A DNA stretch of 64,000 nt, from positions 896,001-960,000 of the forward strand of contig CAVVLJ010000017.1 in the NCBI GenBank assembly GCA_963749075.1, given 5' to 3'. Positions 20,710 to 29,846 of the stretch are shown piece by piece. A model generated the notes under the pieces. That model ran no database searches. It had not been told where the DNA came from and saw nothing but the letters and a program-made list of their open reading frames with translations. The position numbers and the translations under genes are program-made. How positions within the stretch are numbered: the first letter of the stretch is position 1; the number at the start of each line of letters is the position of its first letter. The DNA is from an uncultured Pseudomonadota bacterium. GTDB lineage: Bacteria; Pseudomonadota; Alphaproteobacteria; JACZXZ01.

Positions 20710-21818
20710 ACGGCGAGATCTATCTCGACTACAACGCGACCGCGCCCTTGCGGCCCGAAGTGCCGCGCGCGATCGCGGAGGCGCTCGCCGAGCTCGGCAA
20801 TCCCTCCTCGGTGCACCGCTTCGGCCAGCGTGCGAGGAAGCGCCTCGAGGAGGCGCGCGAGACGCTCGCCGCCCTCGTGCGAGCCGAGCCGGGCAGCATC
20901 GTCTTCACGGGCGGCGGCACCGAGGCCAACAACCTGGCGCTTGCCGGCGGCGGCCGCGAGCGCCTCCTCGTCTCCGCCATCGAGCATGATTCGGTGCTCG
21001 CCGCGGCACCCGAGGCCGAGCGCATTCCGGTCGGCCCCGACGGCAGGGTGCGCCTCGAGGCGCTCGAGGCCATGCTCCGCGCGGACGCGCGGCCGGCCCT
21101 CGTCGCCGTCATGCTCGCCAACAACGAGACGGGCGTCGTCCAGCCGCTCGCAGAGGTAGCATCCCTCGCCCACGCCCACGGCGCCCTCCTCCACGCCGAC
21201 GCGGTCCAGGCCGCGGGCAAGCTTGCCCTCGATTTCCCTGCCCTCGGCGCCGATTTCATGTCGCTTTCCGCCCACAAGCTCGGCGGCCCGCAGGGCGTGG
21301 GCGCCCTCCTGGTGCGGCCGGGCGTGAGGCTGGCGGCCCTCCATCGCGGCGGCGGGCAGGAGCGCGGCTTGCGCGCCGGCACCGAGAATGTCCCCGGCAT
21401 CGCCGGCTTCGCGGCAGCGGCAGCGGCCGCGCAGCAGGGATTGGCCGCCTACGCGCGTATCTCCTCTTTACGCGACCGGCTGGAGGAGGGCGTAGCGGAG
21501 CTCTCGCCCGCGACGCGCTTCTTCGGCCGGGGCGTGCCGCGCCTTGCCAATACCGCCTGCTTCACCATGCCCGGCGTTGCGAGCGAAACACAGGTCATCG
21601 CCCTCGATCTCGCCGGCATCGCGGTGAGCGCCGGCTCGGCCTGCTCCTCGGGCAAGGTGCGGCCGTCCCATGTGCTCTCCGCCATGGGGGCCGCGGAGAG
21701 CGAGGCCGCGAGCGCCATCCGCGTGAGCCTCGGCTGGCTCACCACGGCCGAGGAGGTCGAGCGCTTCATCGCGGCCTGGGGGGCGCTCCATGCCCGTCTC
21801 GGTGCCAGGGCCGCCTGA
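20706..21818 (+). CDS. iscS: Cysteine desulfurase (IscS/NifS family)
   Basis: [26 protein letters not shown] and SAGSACSSG motifs. Confidence 0.92.
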   Translation: MNGEIYLDYNATAPLRPEVPRAIAEALAELGNPSSVHRFGQRARKRLEEARETLAALVRAEPGSIVFTGGGTEANNLALAGGGRERLLVSAIEHDSVLAAAPEAERIPVGPDGRVRLEALEAMLRADARPALVAVMLANNETGVVQPLAEVASLAHAHGALLHADAVQAAGKLALDFPALGADFMSLSAHKLGGPQGVGALLVRPGVRLAALHRGGGQERGLRAGTENVPGIAGFAAAAAAAQQGLAAYARISSLRDRLEEGVAELSPATRFFGRGVPRLANTACFTMPGVASETQVIALDLAGIAVSAGSACSSGKVRPSHVLSAMGAAESEAASAIRVSLGWLTTAEEVERFIAAWGALHARLGARAA

Positions 21819-21838
21819 AGGGCTCGCGCCGCGGGGGG

Positions 21839-21886
21839 AGGGCGAGCTTGCGCATCGGCTGCGGGAGGTTTACCCGAGGAGCGGCG
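21839..21886 (+). pseudogene. Possible remnant of a second cysteine desulfurase C-terminus
   Basis: Intergenic DNA reads [16 protein letters not shown], resembling the group I IscS motif S(I/L)RxGxGRFT. Confidence 0.45.
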
Positions 21887-21919
21887 GACCTGCAGGAGCT
21901 GGAGACGGAGAGGAGTGCG

Positions 21920-22255
21920 ATGCCGAGGATGGTCTTCATCGAGCGCAACGGCAACCGCAAGGAGGTGGAGGCGCCCCTCGGCATGTCGCTCCTCGAGATC
22001 GCCCATCGCAACGACGTCGACCTCGAGGGCGCCTGCGAGGGCTCGCTATCCTGCTCGACCTGCCACGTCGTCGTCGAGCCCGATTGGTTCGACATGCTCG
22101 CCGAGCCGAGCGAGGACGAGGAGGACATGCTCGATCTCGCCTTGGGCCTCACCAAGACCTCGCGCCTCGGCTGCCAGATCAAGATGACCGAGGAGCTCGA
22201 CGGCCTGACCGTGCGCCTCCCCGCCGGCAGCCGCAACCTCCTCCTCGGCGACTGA
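21920..22255 (+). CDS. fdx: 2Fe-2S ferredoxin (ISC/adrenodoxin type)
   Basis: [22 protein letters not shown] and SRLGCQ motifs; AGGAG RBS. Confidence 0.93.
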   Translation: MPRMVFIERNGNRKEVEAPLGMSLLEIAHRNDVDLEGACEGSLSCSTCHVVVEPDWFDMLAEPSEDEEDMLDLALGLTKTSRLGCQIKMTEELDGLTVRLPAGSRNLLLGD

Positions 22256-22262
22256 GGCGGCC

Positions 22263-23393
22263 ATGATGAACAGCCTCGCCATCGCCAAGCCTCCCCGCGA
22301 GACGCGCGTCGTCGTCGCCATGTCGGGCGGCGTCGACAGCTCGACCGTGGCCGCCCTCCTCCGCGAGGAGGGCTACGAGGTCATCGGCTTGACGCTCCAG
22401 CTCTACGACCACGGGGCGGCGAGCGGGAAGAAGGGCGCCTGCTGCGCCGGCCAGGACATCTACGACGCCCGCCGCGTGGCGGAGCGCCTGGCGATCCCCC
22501 ACTACGTGCTCGACTACGAGGGCCGCTTCAAGCGCGAGGTCATGGCGCCCTTCGCCGCAAGCTATCTCGCCGGCGAGACGCCCATCCCTTGCGTCAATTG
22601 CAATGCGCGGGTGAAGTTCCGCGACCTCCTGGCGCTTACGCGCGAGCTCGGCGCCGAGGCACTCGCGACCGGCCACTACGTGCGCCGCGTCGAGGGACCG
22701 GCGGGGCCCGAGCTCCACCGCGCCGCCGACCCGGCGCGCGACCAGAGCTATTTCCTCTTCTCGACCACGCGGGAGCAGCTCGCCCACTTGCGCTTTCCGC
22801 TGGGCGCGCGGCTCAAGGCGGAGACGCGGGCGCTCGCCGAGCGCCTCGGGCTTGCGGTCGCCCAAAAGCCCGACAGCCAGGACATCTGCTTCGTGCCAGA
22901 GGGCTCCTATGCGGGCGCCGTCGAGCGCTTGCGTCCCGGTGCCGCCGAGCCCGGCGAGATCGTCGATCTCGCGGGCCGCGTGCTCGGCCGGCATGCGGGC
23001 ATCATCCATTTCACCGTGGGCCAGCGCCGCGGCCTCAACGTGGGCGGCAGCGCCGAGCCGCTCTTCGTCGTGCGCTTCGACGCCGCCTCGCGGCGCGTGG
23101 TGGTGGGCCCGCGCGCGGCACTTGCGCGCGATACGGTCGCGCTCCGCGAGATGAATTGGCTCGACGCAGAGCCGCTGCCGGAGGGCGGCCGGCCGGTGAC
23201 GGCCAAGCTGCGCTCGGCGCAAGCGCCGCTCGCGGCCAGGGTGACGCCGCTTCCCGGCGGCCGCGCCGAGCTCAGCCTCGCGGCACCGCACGAGGGCATC
23301 GCCCCCGGCCAGGCCGCGGTGCTCTACGACGGCACGCGCCTCTTGGGCGGCGGCTGGATCGAGGCCGCGGCATTGCGCCGCGAGGCCGCATAA
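22263..23393 (+). CDS. mnmA: tRNA 2-thiouridine(34) synthase
   Basis: [35 protein letters not shown] and PGQAAV motifs. Confidence 0.96.
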   Translation: MMNSLAIAKPPRETRVVVAMSGGVDSSTVAALLREEGYEVIGLTLQLYDHGAASGKKGACCAGQDIYDARRVAERLAIPHYVLDYEGRFKREVMAPFAASYLAGETPIPCVNCNARVKFRDLLALTRELGAEALATGHYVRRVEGPAGPELHRAADPARDQSYFLFSTTREQLAHLRFPLGARLKAETRALAERLGLAVAQKPDSQDICFVPEGSYAGAVERLRPGAAEPGEIVDLAGRVLGRHAGIIHFTVGQRRGLNVGGSAEPLFVVRFDAASRRVVVGPRAALARDTVALREMNWLDAEPLPEGGRPVTAKLRSAQAPLAARVTPLPGGRAELSLAAPHEGIAPGQAAVLYDGTRLLGGGWIEAAALRREAA

Positions 23394-23409
23394 GGGAGCG
23401 CGTCACATC

Positions 23410-23712
23410 ATGAGCCTCGAGAGCATGACCGCCGAACTCGGCCGCCGCGCCTCCCAGAACGCCCCGCTCGGCTACAAGGTCAAGTTCGACCTGGGCGCCG
23501 ACGGGATCATCTATTGGGACGGCACGGAGGCGGCCGCCAAGGTCACCAACGACGACGCCGAGGCCGACACGGTGATCCACCTCTCGGCCGACGATTTCGC
23601 CAAGCTCATGACCGGCGCCCTCGACCCCACCATGGCCTTCATGCTCGGCAAGCTCAAGGTCGAGGGCAAGCTTGGCGTCGCCATGAAGCTCACGACGCTC
23701 TTGGGCGATTGA
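23410..23712 (+). CDS. SCP2 sterol/lipid-binding domain protein
   Basis: LDPTMAFMLGKLKVEG motif, 100 aa. Confidence 0.88.
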   Translation: MSLESMTAELGRRASQNAPLGYKVKFDLGADGIIYWDGTEAAAKVTNDDAEADTVIHLSADDFAKLMTGALDPTMAFMLGKLKVEGKLGVAMKLTTLLGD

Positions 23713-23719
23713 CCTCCAG

Positions 23720-23871
23720 TCCTCTCCTCCTTCAGGAGGAGAGGAAGGGGCCCATCGCGAAAGCGATGGGAAGGTGAGGAGGACGAGCGCTTGTGCGCTT
23801 CTGCGGCCGGCGATGTGCCATGCATAGCCATCTCCTCACCCCAACCCTCTCCTCCTCAAGGAGGAGAGGGA
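23720..23871. repeat. Composite REP-like palindromic element
   Basis: Hairpins CCTCTCCTCC-ttca-GGAGGAGAGG (23721-23744), CCCATCGC-gaaa-GCGATGGG (23751-23770) and CCCTCTCCTCC-tcaa-GGAGGAGAGGG (23845-23870); GGTGAGGAG pairs with CTCCTCACC. Confidence 0.8.
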
Positions 23872-23933
23872 GATCGGCGCCGCTCGAGTTTCGAAAATCT
23901 CACGCCGAGACACCGCCCACCATGCCCCTTCGC

Positions 23934-23963
23934 TTGACAGCTTCGCGGCTTTCGCCCTATAGG
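23934..23963 (+). promoter_or_regulatory. Sigma70 promoter of tRNA-Met
   Basis: TTGACA (23934-23939), N17, CTATAG. Confidence 0.6.
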
Positions 23964-24016
23964 CCTTGCCGGCACCGCACCGTCTCGCCATCTTCGAGCG
24001 GCGGCGCTCATCCCGT

Positions 24017-24093
24017 GGCGGAGTAGCTCAGCTGGTTAGAGCAGCGGAATCATAATCCGTGTGTCGGGGGTTCAAGTCCCTCCTCCGCTACCA
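24017..24093 (+). tRNA. tRNA-Met (CAT), elongator type
   Basis: GGCGGAG acceptor arm pairs with CTCCGCT; D-arm AGCTCAGCTGGTTAGAGC; anticodon loop with CAT; T-loop GTTCAAG; encoded CCA; 77 nt. Confidence 0.95.
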
Positions 24094-24219
24094 ACACAAT
24101 ATTGATAATACATACATATTTCGAAGAACGCCGATCTGTTGGATGCCCCTCCGAGCCGCTCGGCTCCGGCTCTCGACGACAGCGGCCGAGGACGAGGCCC
24201 TACTGGGAAAGACCGTATC

Positions 24220-24594
24220 ATGGTCGGATTCATCGTTCGCGCGGCGCTCGTCGCACTCGGTCTCTGGCTGGCCTCGAGAATCGTGCCGGGAGTCGAGGTG
24301 GGCTCGGTCGGCAGTCTGCTCTGGGCGGCGCTGCTCCTGGGCGTCGTCAACGCCGTCGTTCGGCCGGTCCTGGTGATCCTGACCCTCCCGATCACGCTGA
24401 TCACGCTCGGCCTTTTCCTCCTCGTCATAAACGGGCTGATGATCGAGCTCGTCACCGTCTTCGTGGCCGGGTTCATCGTCCATGGGCTTATGTCGGCGAT
24501 CCTCTGCGCTCTGATCGTCAGCCTGACGAGCTGGCTCGTCTCCTGGTTCATCGGCCCGCGGGGCAGGATCGAGGTGGTGGTCGTCCGACGGTAG
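24220..24594 (+). CDS. 4-TM membrane protein, YvlD/phage holin 4_2 family
   Basis: LGVVNAVVRPVLVILTLPITLITLGLFLLVING motif. Confidence 0.85.
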   Translation: MVGFIVRAALVALGLWLASRIVPGVEVGSVGSLLWAALLLGVVNAVVRPVLVILTLPITLITLGLFLLVINGLMIELVTVFVAGFIVHGLMSAILCALIVSLTSWLVSWFIGPRGRIEVVVVRR

Positions 24595-24630
24595 GCCTGC
24601 GTCGCGAAGCGTGTGCTTCGGGAGATCCGC

Positions 24631-24981
24631 CTAAACCACCCTCCGCACGATGTGATGCCGGTTGCGCGTGTAGGGCCGCACCTCGGTGGCCCAGCGGCCG
24701 AGCTCCGACGCCGCGGCCCAGGCCGCGCTGGTGAGGACGGCCGGGCTGTCGATCTCGTAGATCGCCGTGTATGTGGGCGCACCCTCGCCCGTGAGCCGCT
24801 TCGTCTCCCCGCCGATGTTGAGGCTGGCGGGCTCGGTGCAGAGCCGCGTGACCGAGCGCACGCCCGGCACCTTCAAGAGGTTCGGCACGTGCTCGCGGTC
24901 GTAGACCTCGTTGAAGAGCGCCTCCTTCTCGGGCGCCACGTTCATGCTCGCGATGAAGACGTATTTCGTTGCAATCGCCAT
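24631..24981 (-). CDS. EthD-like dimeric alpha-beta barrel protein
   Basis: EALFNEVYDREHVPNLLKVPGV and YTAIYEIDSP; GGGAGAG RBS. Confidence 0.7.
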   Translation of the reverse strand: MAIATKYVFIASMNVAPEKEALFNEVYDREHVPNLLKVPGVRSVTRLCTEPASLNIGGETKRLTGEGAPTYTAIYEIDSPAVLTSAAWAAASELGRWATEVRPYTRNRHHIVRRVV

Positions 24982-25090
24982 TTCGCTCTCCCTTGCACGC
25001 GTCGTCCGTCGCAATTATACGGGCCGTCTATGGCCAGCGGATCGAAATCGACCGTGGACGCGCGACCTCGGTAGTGCGCTCACGGTCCGT

Positions 25091-25549
25091 CTAATGCGTG
25101 TCGAATTCGCCCAGGGGGAGTTCCCATTCCAGGTGCGCATACAATTCGAGGAGATATTGGGACACAGGATCAGACACATCAACGAAGCGGACACTCATCC
25201 TCCTTACTCTCGCGATCTCTCGCTCAAACACAGGGCGAAACCTCGCATCCTGAGCTAAGGCTGCTCGTGATCCCTCGGGCTTGTATGTTGCGGGCAACTT
25301 CAGCGCCAGACGTGCTTGCTTGAATGCGAACGTAGCGGAGTAATGGTTCCGTCTAAAGTGGCCTCGTAATCTTGCCAGCAAATTCCGTGTGCGACCGACG
25401 TGAACCGGCCGTCCTCCCTCGAAGAAAGCATAGACGCCTTTTCGGCCCAGGAGAGTAGCGTCCACCTTCTCGATGGCGCTTGCCTCAGCGGCTAGCTTCG
25501 CAAATAGAACGGGTATCTGTTCCGTCGCTCTAGCAAAGTCCTTGTTCAT
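25091..25549 (-). CDS. Stand-alone GIY-YIG nuclease family protein
   Basis: GVYAF..VHVGRTRNLLARLRGH and distal LLE; visibly more AT-rich than flanking genes. Confidence 0.75.
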   Translation of the reverse strand: MNKDFARATEQIPVLFAKLAAEASAIEKVDATLLGRKGVYAFFEGGRPVHVGRTRNLLARLRGHFRRNHYSATFAFKQARLALKLPATYKPEGSRAALAQDARFRPVFEREIARVRRMSVRFVDVSDPVSQYLLELYAHLEWELPLGEFDTH

Positions 25550-25725
25550 ATCGTCCCCATCCGCGAGACATCATGACCTGCTCCCGTCCGGTCCCTCATC
25601 GGTAACCTTCGTCAAGAAGCCTTGGACGGCCACTGCTCCAGCACCCAGGGCGGCGCTCCAAGGGTCGAACCGGTGCAAGGACCGGAAGCCGTGCGGGAAA
25701 CGGCGGGATATGGTATGTTAAATCT

Positions 25726-25953
25726 ATGGTTGCGAAAGTCCTTAAAGACGTGATCGAGCAAGCGGAGGCTTGGCCGGAAGAGGATCAGGCTGAGCTTGCG
25801 GAATACGCACGCGACATAGAGGCGCGTCGCCGTGGCGTGTACCATGCGACGCCAGCAGAGTTGGAGGCGATCGACGAGGCTGACCGCAGCGGCATAGCGT
25901 CCGATCAGGAGATCGAAGCGGCCTTCAGAACGTTCCGCCGGAATGAAGGTTGA
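25726..25953 (+). CDS. Putative antitoxin of a RelE/ParE module
   Basis: Acidic 75-aa ORF overlapping the toxin start; TGnTATGTT (25711-25719) just before the ATG suggests a leaderless mRNA. Confidence 0.72.
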   Translation: MVAKVLKDVIEQAEAWPEEDQAELAEYARDIEARRRGVYHATPAELEAIDEADRSGIASDQEIEAAFRTFRRNEG

Positions 25954-26230
25954 GTATACCACCCGCGCAGCGGCCGATCTTCGCAAAGTTTCTGCTGACG
26001 GCCGCCCTTTCGGCGAGGCAGTCGCCGCGGCAATCGAGGCGCGGATCCGTCAAGTTGTCGCGCACATCTCCGAGCATCCCGAGGCTGCGCCGCGCATTGC
26101 GGAGCGACCGGGCGTGCGCGTCGTGCCGCTCAGTCGTTACCCGTACAGGATTTTCTACAGAGTCCTGGAAGGTAGAGTGAGGATACTTCACATTCGGCAC
26201 ACTTCGCGGCGGCCGTGGAAAGGAGATTGA
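25943..26230 (+). CDS. RelE/ParE family toxin
   Basis: VEYTTRAAADL, HPE, RYPYRIFYRV..VRILHIRHTSR. Confidence 0.88.
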   Translation: MKVEYTTRAAADLRKVSADGRPFGEAVAAAIEARIRQVVAHISEHPEAAPRIAERPGVRVVPLSRYPYRIFYRVLEGRVRILHIRHTSRRPWKGD

Positions 26231-26329
26231 TAGGCGGACCATCCACGATCGTGTCCGAATAGAATGCTCCTCGGACCGAAGCTTCCTCCGCGGGACAGCC
26301 GTCCGCGGCAGAACCTCGAGATCGCCGCC

Positions 26330-26404
26330 CTACCTCCACCACCTCAGCGCCGCCGCCGCCGCCGCTGCGATCTCGGCCTCCGCAACCGCGAATGAGAACC
26401 GCAC
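26330..26404 (-). pseudogene. Degenerate duplicate of the 3' end of the aminotransferase at 31002-32171
   Basis: Reads VRFSFAVAEAEIAAAAAAALRWWR*, versus LRFSFAGSEAEIAAAAEALKRWR at 31032-31100. Confidence 0.8.
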
Positions 26405-26416
26405 GCCCGGCCTCGT

Positions 26417-27448
26417 CTACCGCAGCTCCCGCCGCACCATCTCGGCACCCTCGCCGAGCGCCTTGAGCTTGCCGAAGGCGGTTGCGCGCGGGAGGTATTT
26501 CATGCCGCAGTCGGGAGCCGGGATGAGGCGATCGGCGGGGACGCGCTTGAGCGCCGCGCGGATGCGCGAAGCTACCGTCTCGGCGCTTTCGACCTCGGGG
26601 TCGCCCAGGTTGAGCACGCCGAGGATGATGGTCTTGCCGGCGAGCTCGTCGAGCACGCCGAGATCGAGCTTGGGCTGGGCGGCCTCGATCGAGATCTGCC
26701 GTGCCGAGCTGTCGGCGAGCTGGGGGAGGAAGGAATAGGCGGTCGGCTTGTTGTCGCCCACGAGCTGCGCGTAGCCGAAGCAGAGGTGCACCGCCGTCGT
26801 GGCCTTGAGCCCCGCGAGCGCCCGGTCGATCGCCTTGACCGCATAGCGCTTGGCCGCCTCGGGATCGTTGCGCAGCCAGGGCTCGTCCAGCTGGATCACG
26901 TCGGCGCCAGCGGCCTCGAGCTCGCGCGCCTCCGCGTTCACCGCCGCGGCGAAGTCGAGCGCCATCTCCTCGTCGTCGCGATAGAACTCGTTCTTCGCCT
27001 GCTGCGCCATGGTGAAGGGCCCCGGCAGCGTGATCTTGGCCAGGCGCTCGGTGTTGCGGCGGAGGAACTGCATGTCGCGCAGCTCGACCGCGTGCCGGCG
27101 GCGGATCGGGCCGGTCACGCGCGGCACGAGCGTCTCCTGCCCCGTGCGGTTGACGATCGTGCCGGGATTGGCGATGTCCATGCCGTCGAGCGCCGTCGCG
27201 AAGCGGTTCGAGTAGCTCTCGCGGCGCATCTCGCCGTCGCTGACGATGTCGATCCCCGCCCGCTCCATGTCGCGGATGGCGAGCAAGGTGGCGTCGTCCT
27301 GCGCCTCCTCGAGATAGGGCTCGGGCACCCGCCAGATCTCCGTCATGCGCACCCGCGGCACGGTCTTGGAGAGCTTGGCGCGGTCGATCAGCCACTCGGG
27401 CTGCGGATAGCTGCCGACCACGGTGGTCGGTAAGATGCGCTGCGTCAT
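26417..27448 (-). CDS. Cobalamin-independent methionine synthase II / MetE C-terminal-like Zn enzyme
   Basis: TTVVGSYP, SDGEMRRESY, QLDEP; Zn ligands HLC, E and PDCG; no MetE N-terminal barrel. Confidence 0.88.
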   Translation of the reverse strand: MTQRILPTTVVGSYPQPEWLIDRAKLSKTVPRVRMTEIWRVPEPYLEEAQDDATLLAIRDMERAGIDIVSDGEMRRESYSNRFATALDGMDIANPGTIVNRTGQETLVPRVTGPIRRRHAVELRDMQFLRRNTERLAKITLPGPFTMAQQAKNEFYRDDEEMALDFAAAVNAEARELEAAGADVIQLDEPWLRNDPEAAKRYAVKAIDRALAGLKATTAVHLCFGYAQLVGDNKPTAYSFLPQLADSSARQISIEAAQPKLDLGVLDELAGKTIILGVLNLGDPEVESAETVASRIRAALKRVPADRLIPAPDCGMKYLPRATAFGKLKALGEGAEMVRRELR

Positions 27449-27491
27449 CGCGCGGCCCTCCTTCTTGCTGTCGCTCTCGTCCCGCCCGGCG

Positions 27492-28298
27492 TCACGCCGT
27501 GACCGCCGCCACCTCGGCGGACGGACCAGCGGCCTCGCCGCCGCCGCGCCGTCCCGCCGTCTGCCAGATCACCGTGCGCCGCTCGACCGCGCGCACCAGC
27601 GCGTTGAAGGCGACGGTCAGGAGGATGATGAGCAGCACGGCGGCGAAGACGTGGGTGCTGTCGAGGACGGTACGGTAGCGCGTCACGAGATAGCCGATGC
27701 CGGCGGCGGACGTGAGCATCTCCGAGACCACGACGCCCACGATGACGAGGGCGCCGCCCAGGCGCAGGCCCGCGAGCACCGTCGGGATCGAGGCCGGAAT
27801 GATCACCCGCGCCACGCGCTGGGAAAACGAGGCGCCCATGCTGCGCGCGGCGAGGAGAAGCTGGGGATCGATGGTGCGGATGCCGGCGGCGGTGCCGAGC
27901 ATCGTGGGAAAGAAGCCGTAGACCCCGGCGAAGGCAATCTTCGATTCCGAGCCGATGCCGAGCCAGGCGGTGAAGACCGGGTAGAGGATCACGATCGGCA
28001 CGGCATAGAGCGTCGAGAAGAGCGGCAAAAGGAGACTGCGCGTGAGCGCGAAGCCGCCGACCGCGGCACCCGCGAGGATGCCGCCGCCGCAGGCGATGAC
28101 CATGGCGAGCGCCATCTCGTAAAGCGTCACCCAGAGTGCCGCCGCATATTCCTGCCAGTCGGCGACGGCGGCCGCGATGGTCGCGCTGAGCGGCGGCAGG
28201 AAGAGCACGGGCACGAGGCCGAGGCGGGGCAGCGCCTCCCACAGCACGATCAGCGTGACGACGATGATCCGGCGCGCGGCAGCGGGGGAAGGGCGCAT
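27492..28298 (-). CDS. ABC transporter permease (NitT/TauT)
   Basis: TM helices; AARSMGAS; SEMLTSAAGIG. Confidence 0.9.
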   Translation of the reverse strand: MRPSPAAARRIIVVTLIVLWEALPRLGLVPVLFLPPLSATIAAAVADWQEYAAALWVTLYEMALAMVIACGGGILAGAAVGGFALTRSLLLPLFSTLYAVPIVILYPVFTAWLGIGSESKIAFAGVYGFFPTMLGTAAGIRTIDPQLLLAARSMGASFSQRVARVIIPASIPTVLAGLRLGGALVIVGVVVSEMLTSAAGIGYLVTRYRTVLDSTHVFAAVLLIILLTVAFNALVRAVERRTVIWQTAGRRGGGEAAGPSAEVAAVTA

Positions 28299-28306
28299 CG
28301 CCTACC

Positions 28307-29095
28307 TCACGCCGCCGAGCGGATCTGCCGCCAGATGCGGTCGCGCAGGCGCCCAAAGGCGTCGCTCGCCATCATCTCGTAGGTGCGCGGGCGCGCGAGC
28401 GCCACCTCGATGCGGTCGATGATGCGGCCGGGGCGCGGCGACATCACCAGCACCTCGTCGGCGAGATAGACCGCCTCGGTCAAGCTGTGGGTGACGAAGA
28501 CCACGGTCTTCCCGGTTTTGGACCAGATGCGCAGCAGCTCCTCTCCCATGGTCATGCGCGTCTGCTCGTCGAGGGCGGCGAAGGGCTCGTCCATGAGCAG
28601 GACCGGCGGGTCCTGGACGAGGCCGCGGGCGATCGCGACGCGCTGCTTCATGCCGCCCGAGAGCTCGTGGGGATAGCGGCCGTCGAAGCCCTCGAGCCCG
28701 ACGAGACGCAGCATGGCCGCCGCGCGCCGGCGCCGCTCTTCTCGCGGCAGGCGGCGGATGGCAAGGGGGAACTCGACGTTCTCGACGGCGGTGAGCCAGG
28801 GGAAGAGGCTCGCGTCCTGGAAGACGACGCCGACGCGGTCGGGGTCGGGATCGAGGATCGGCCGGCCGTCGCAGAGGATCGTCCCCGCCATGGGGCGCCT
28901 CAAGCCCGCCATCATCATGAGGAGCGAGGATTTGCCGCAGCCGCTCGGGCCGACCACGACGGCAAAGCGTCCGGGTGCGACCGAGAGCGAGACGCCGGAG
29001 AGCGCCGGCACCTCGCCGCCGGCGCCGGCATAGACGTGGGTCACCTCCTGGACCTCGACGGCCCCCCGCTCGCGCAACGCGGTCACGCTCGCCAT
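28307..29095 (-). CDS. ABC transporter ATP-binding protein
   Basis: GPSGCGKS, LSGGMKQR, LMDEPF and VTH motifs. Confidence 0.93.
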   Translation of the reverse strand: MASVTALRERGAVEVQEVTHVYAGAGGEVPALSGVSLSVAPGRFAVVVGPSGCGKSSLLMMMAGLRRPMAGTILCDGRPILDPDPDRVGVVFQDASLFPWLTAVENVEFPLAIRRLPREERRRRAAAMLRLVGLEGFDGRYPHELSGGMKQRVAIARGLVQDPPVLLMDEPFAALDEQTRMTMGEELLRIWSKTGKTVVFVTHSLTEAVYLADEVLVMSPRPGRIIDRIEVALARPRTYEMMASDAFGRLRDRIWRQIRSAA

Positions 29096-29835
29096 GCGCT
29101 CGACCGCGTCTCGAGCCAGCGGATCGCCTCGTTGCAGGCGATCGAGAGCAGCGCCACCAGCAGCACGCTGGCGTAGAGCTGCGGCATCATGAAGTCGTCG
29201 CCCCAATTGGCGATGCGATTGCCGATGCCGGTGCGCGAGGCGTACATCTCGGCGAGGATGACGCCGGTGAAATTGAAGATCATCGCGATGCGCAGCGTCT
29301 CGAGCAGCACCGGCAGCATGCTCGGCGCATAGACCCGCGTCACGGTCTGGAGCCGCCCGGCACCGCAGGCGCGCGCCACGAGGAGGTGATCGGCGCGCAC
29401 CGATTCGACCGCGGCCGCGGCCCCCATGATGAGGATGAAGACGGTCGAGAGCATGCCGAAGGCGACCTTCTGCCAGAAGCCGATGCCGAGCGCCAGGATC
29501 ATCAGCGGCAGGAAGATCGATTTCGGAATGCTGAGCACGAAGAAGAAGAGCGGCTTGAGCACGCGGCCGGCATAGTCGCTCTCCGCCACGAGCACGCCGA
29601 CCGCGGCCCCGAGCGGCACCGCGAGGGCGAAAGCGACGAGTATCTCGCCGATCGTCATCAAAAGGTCGCTCTTCATCGCCGGGCGGCCGAGAATGTCGAG
29701 CAGCGTGACGACCGTGGTGCTGAAGGGCGGCAGGAGCTGCGCGTTCACCGCACCGCTCCGCGGCAGCGCCTCCCACGCCGCGAGAAGGGCGGCGAGGATG
29801 GCGAACCGCCCGAGAAGGATGCCGCTCCGGCTCAC
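29083..29835 (-). CDS. ABC transporter permease (NitT/TauT)
   Basis: IPKSIFLPLMILALGIG, VARACGA and AEMYASRTGIG. Confidence 0.88.
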   Translation of the reverse strand: MSRSGILLGRFAILAALLAAWEALPRSGAVNAQLLPPFSTTVVTLLDILGRPAMKSDLLMTIGEILVAFALAVPLGAAVGVLVAESDYAGRVLKPLFFFVLSIPKSIFLPLMILALGIGFWQKVAFGMLSTVFILIMGAAAAVESVRADHLLVARACGAGRLQTVTRVYAPSMLPVLLETLRIAMIFNFTGVILAEMYASRTGIGNRIANWGDDFMMPQLYASVLLVALLSIACNEAIRWLETRSSAWRA

Positions 29836-29846
29836 GCTTCCCCCCT

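Noticed and set aside
24220-24594. Holin-family gene next to a tRNA as evidence of a prophage
   Set aside because: YvlD-type 4-TM proteins are common chromosomal genes, and no integrase, endolysin or structural genes are present.
25572-25678. Short minus-strand reading LHRFDPWSAALGAGAVAVQGFLTKVTDEGPDGSRS* upstream of the GIY-YIG gene
   Set aside because: No recognisable family or RBS; it cannot be supported as a gene or remnant without a search.
25927-25936. AGAACGTTCC near the antitoxin end, similar to the frameshift motif
   Set aside because: Not the same 9-mer; the frame reads sensibly (AFRTFRR), and deleting a base would fuse antitoxin and toxin.
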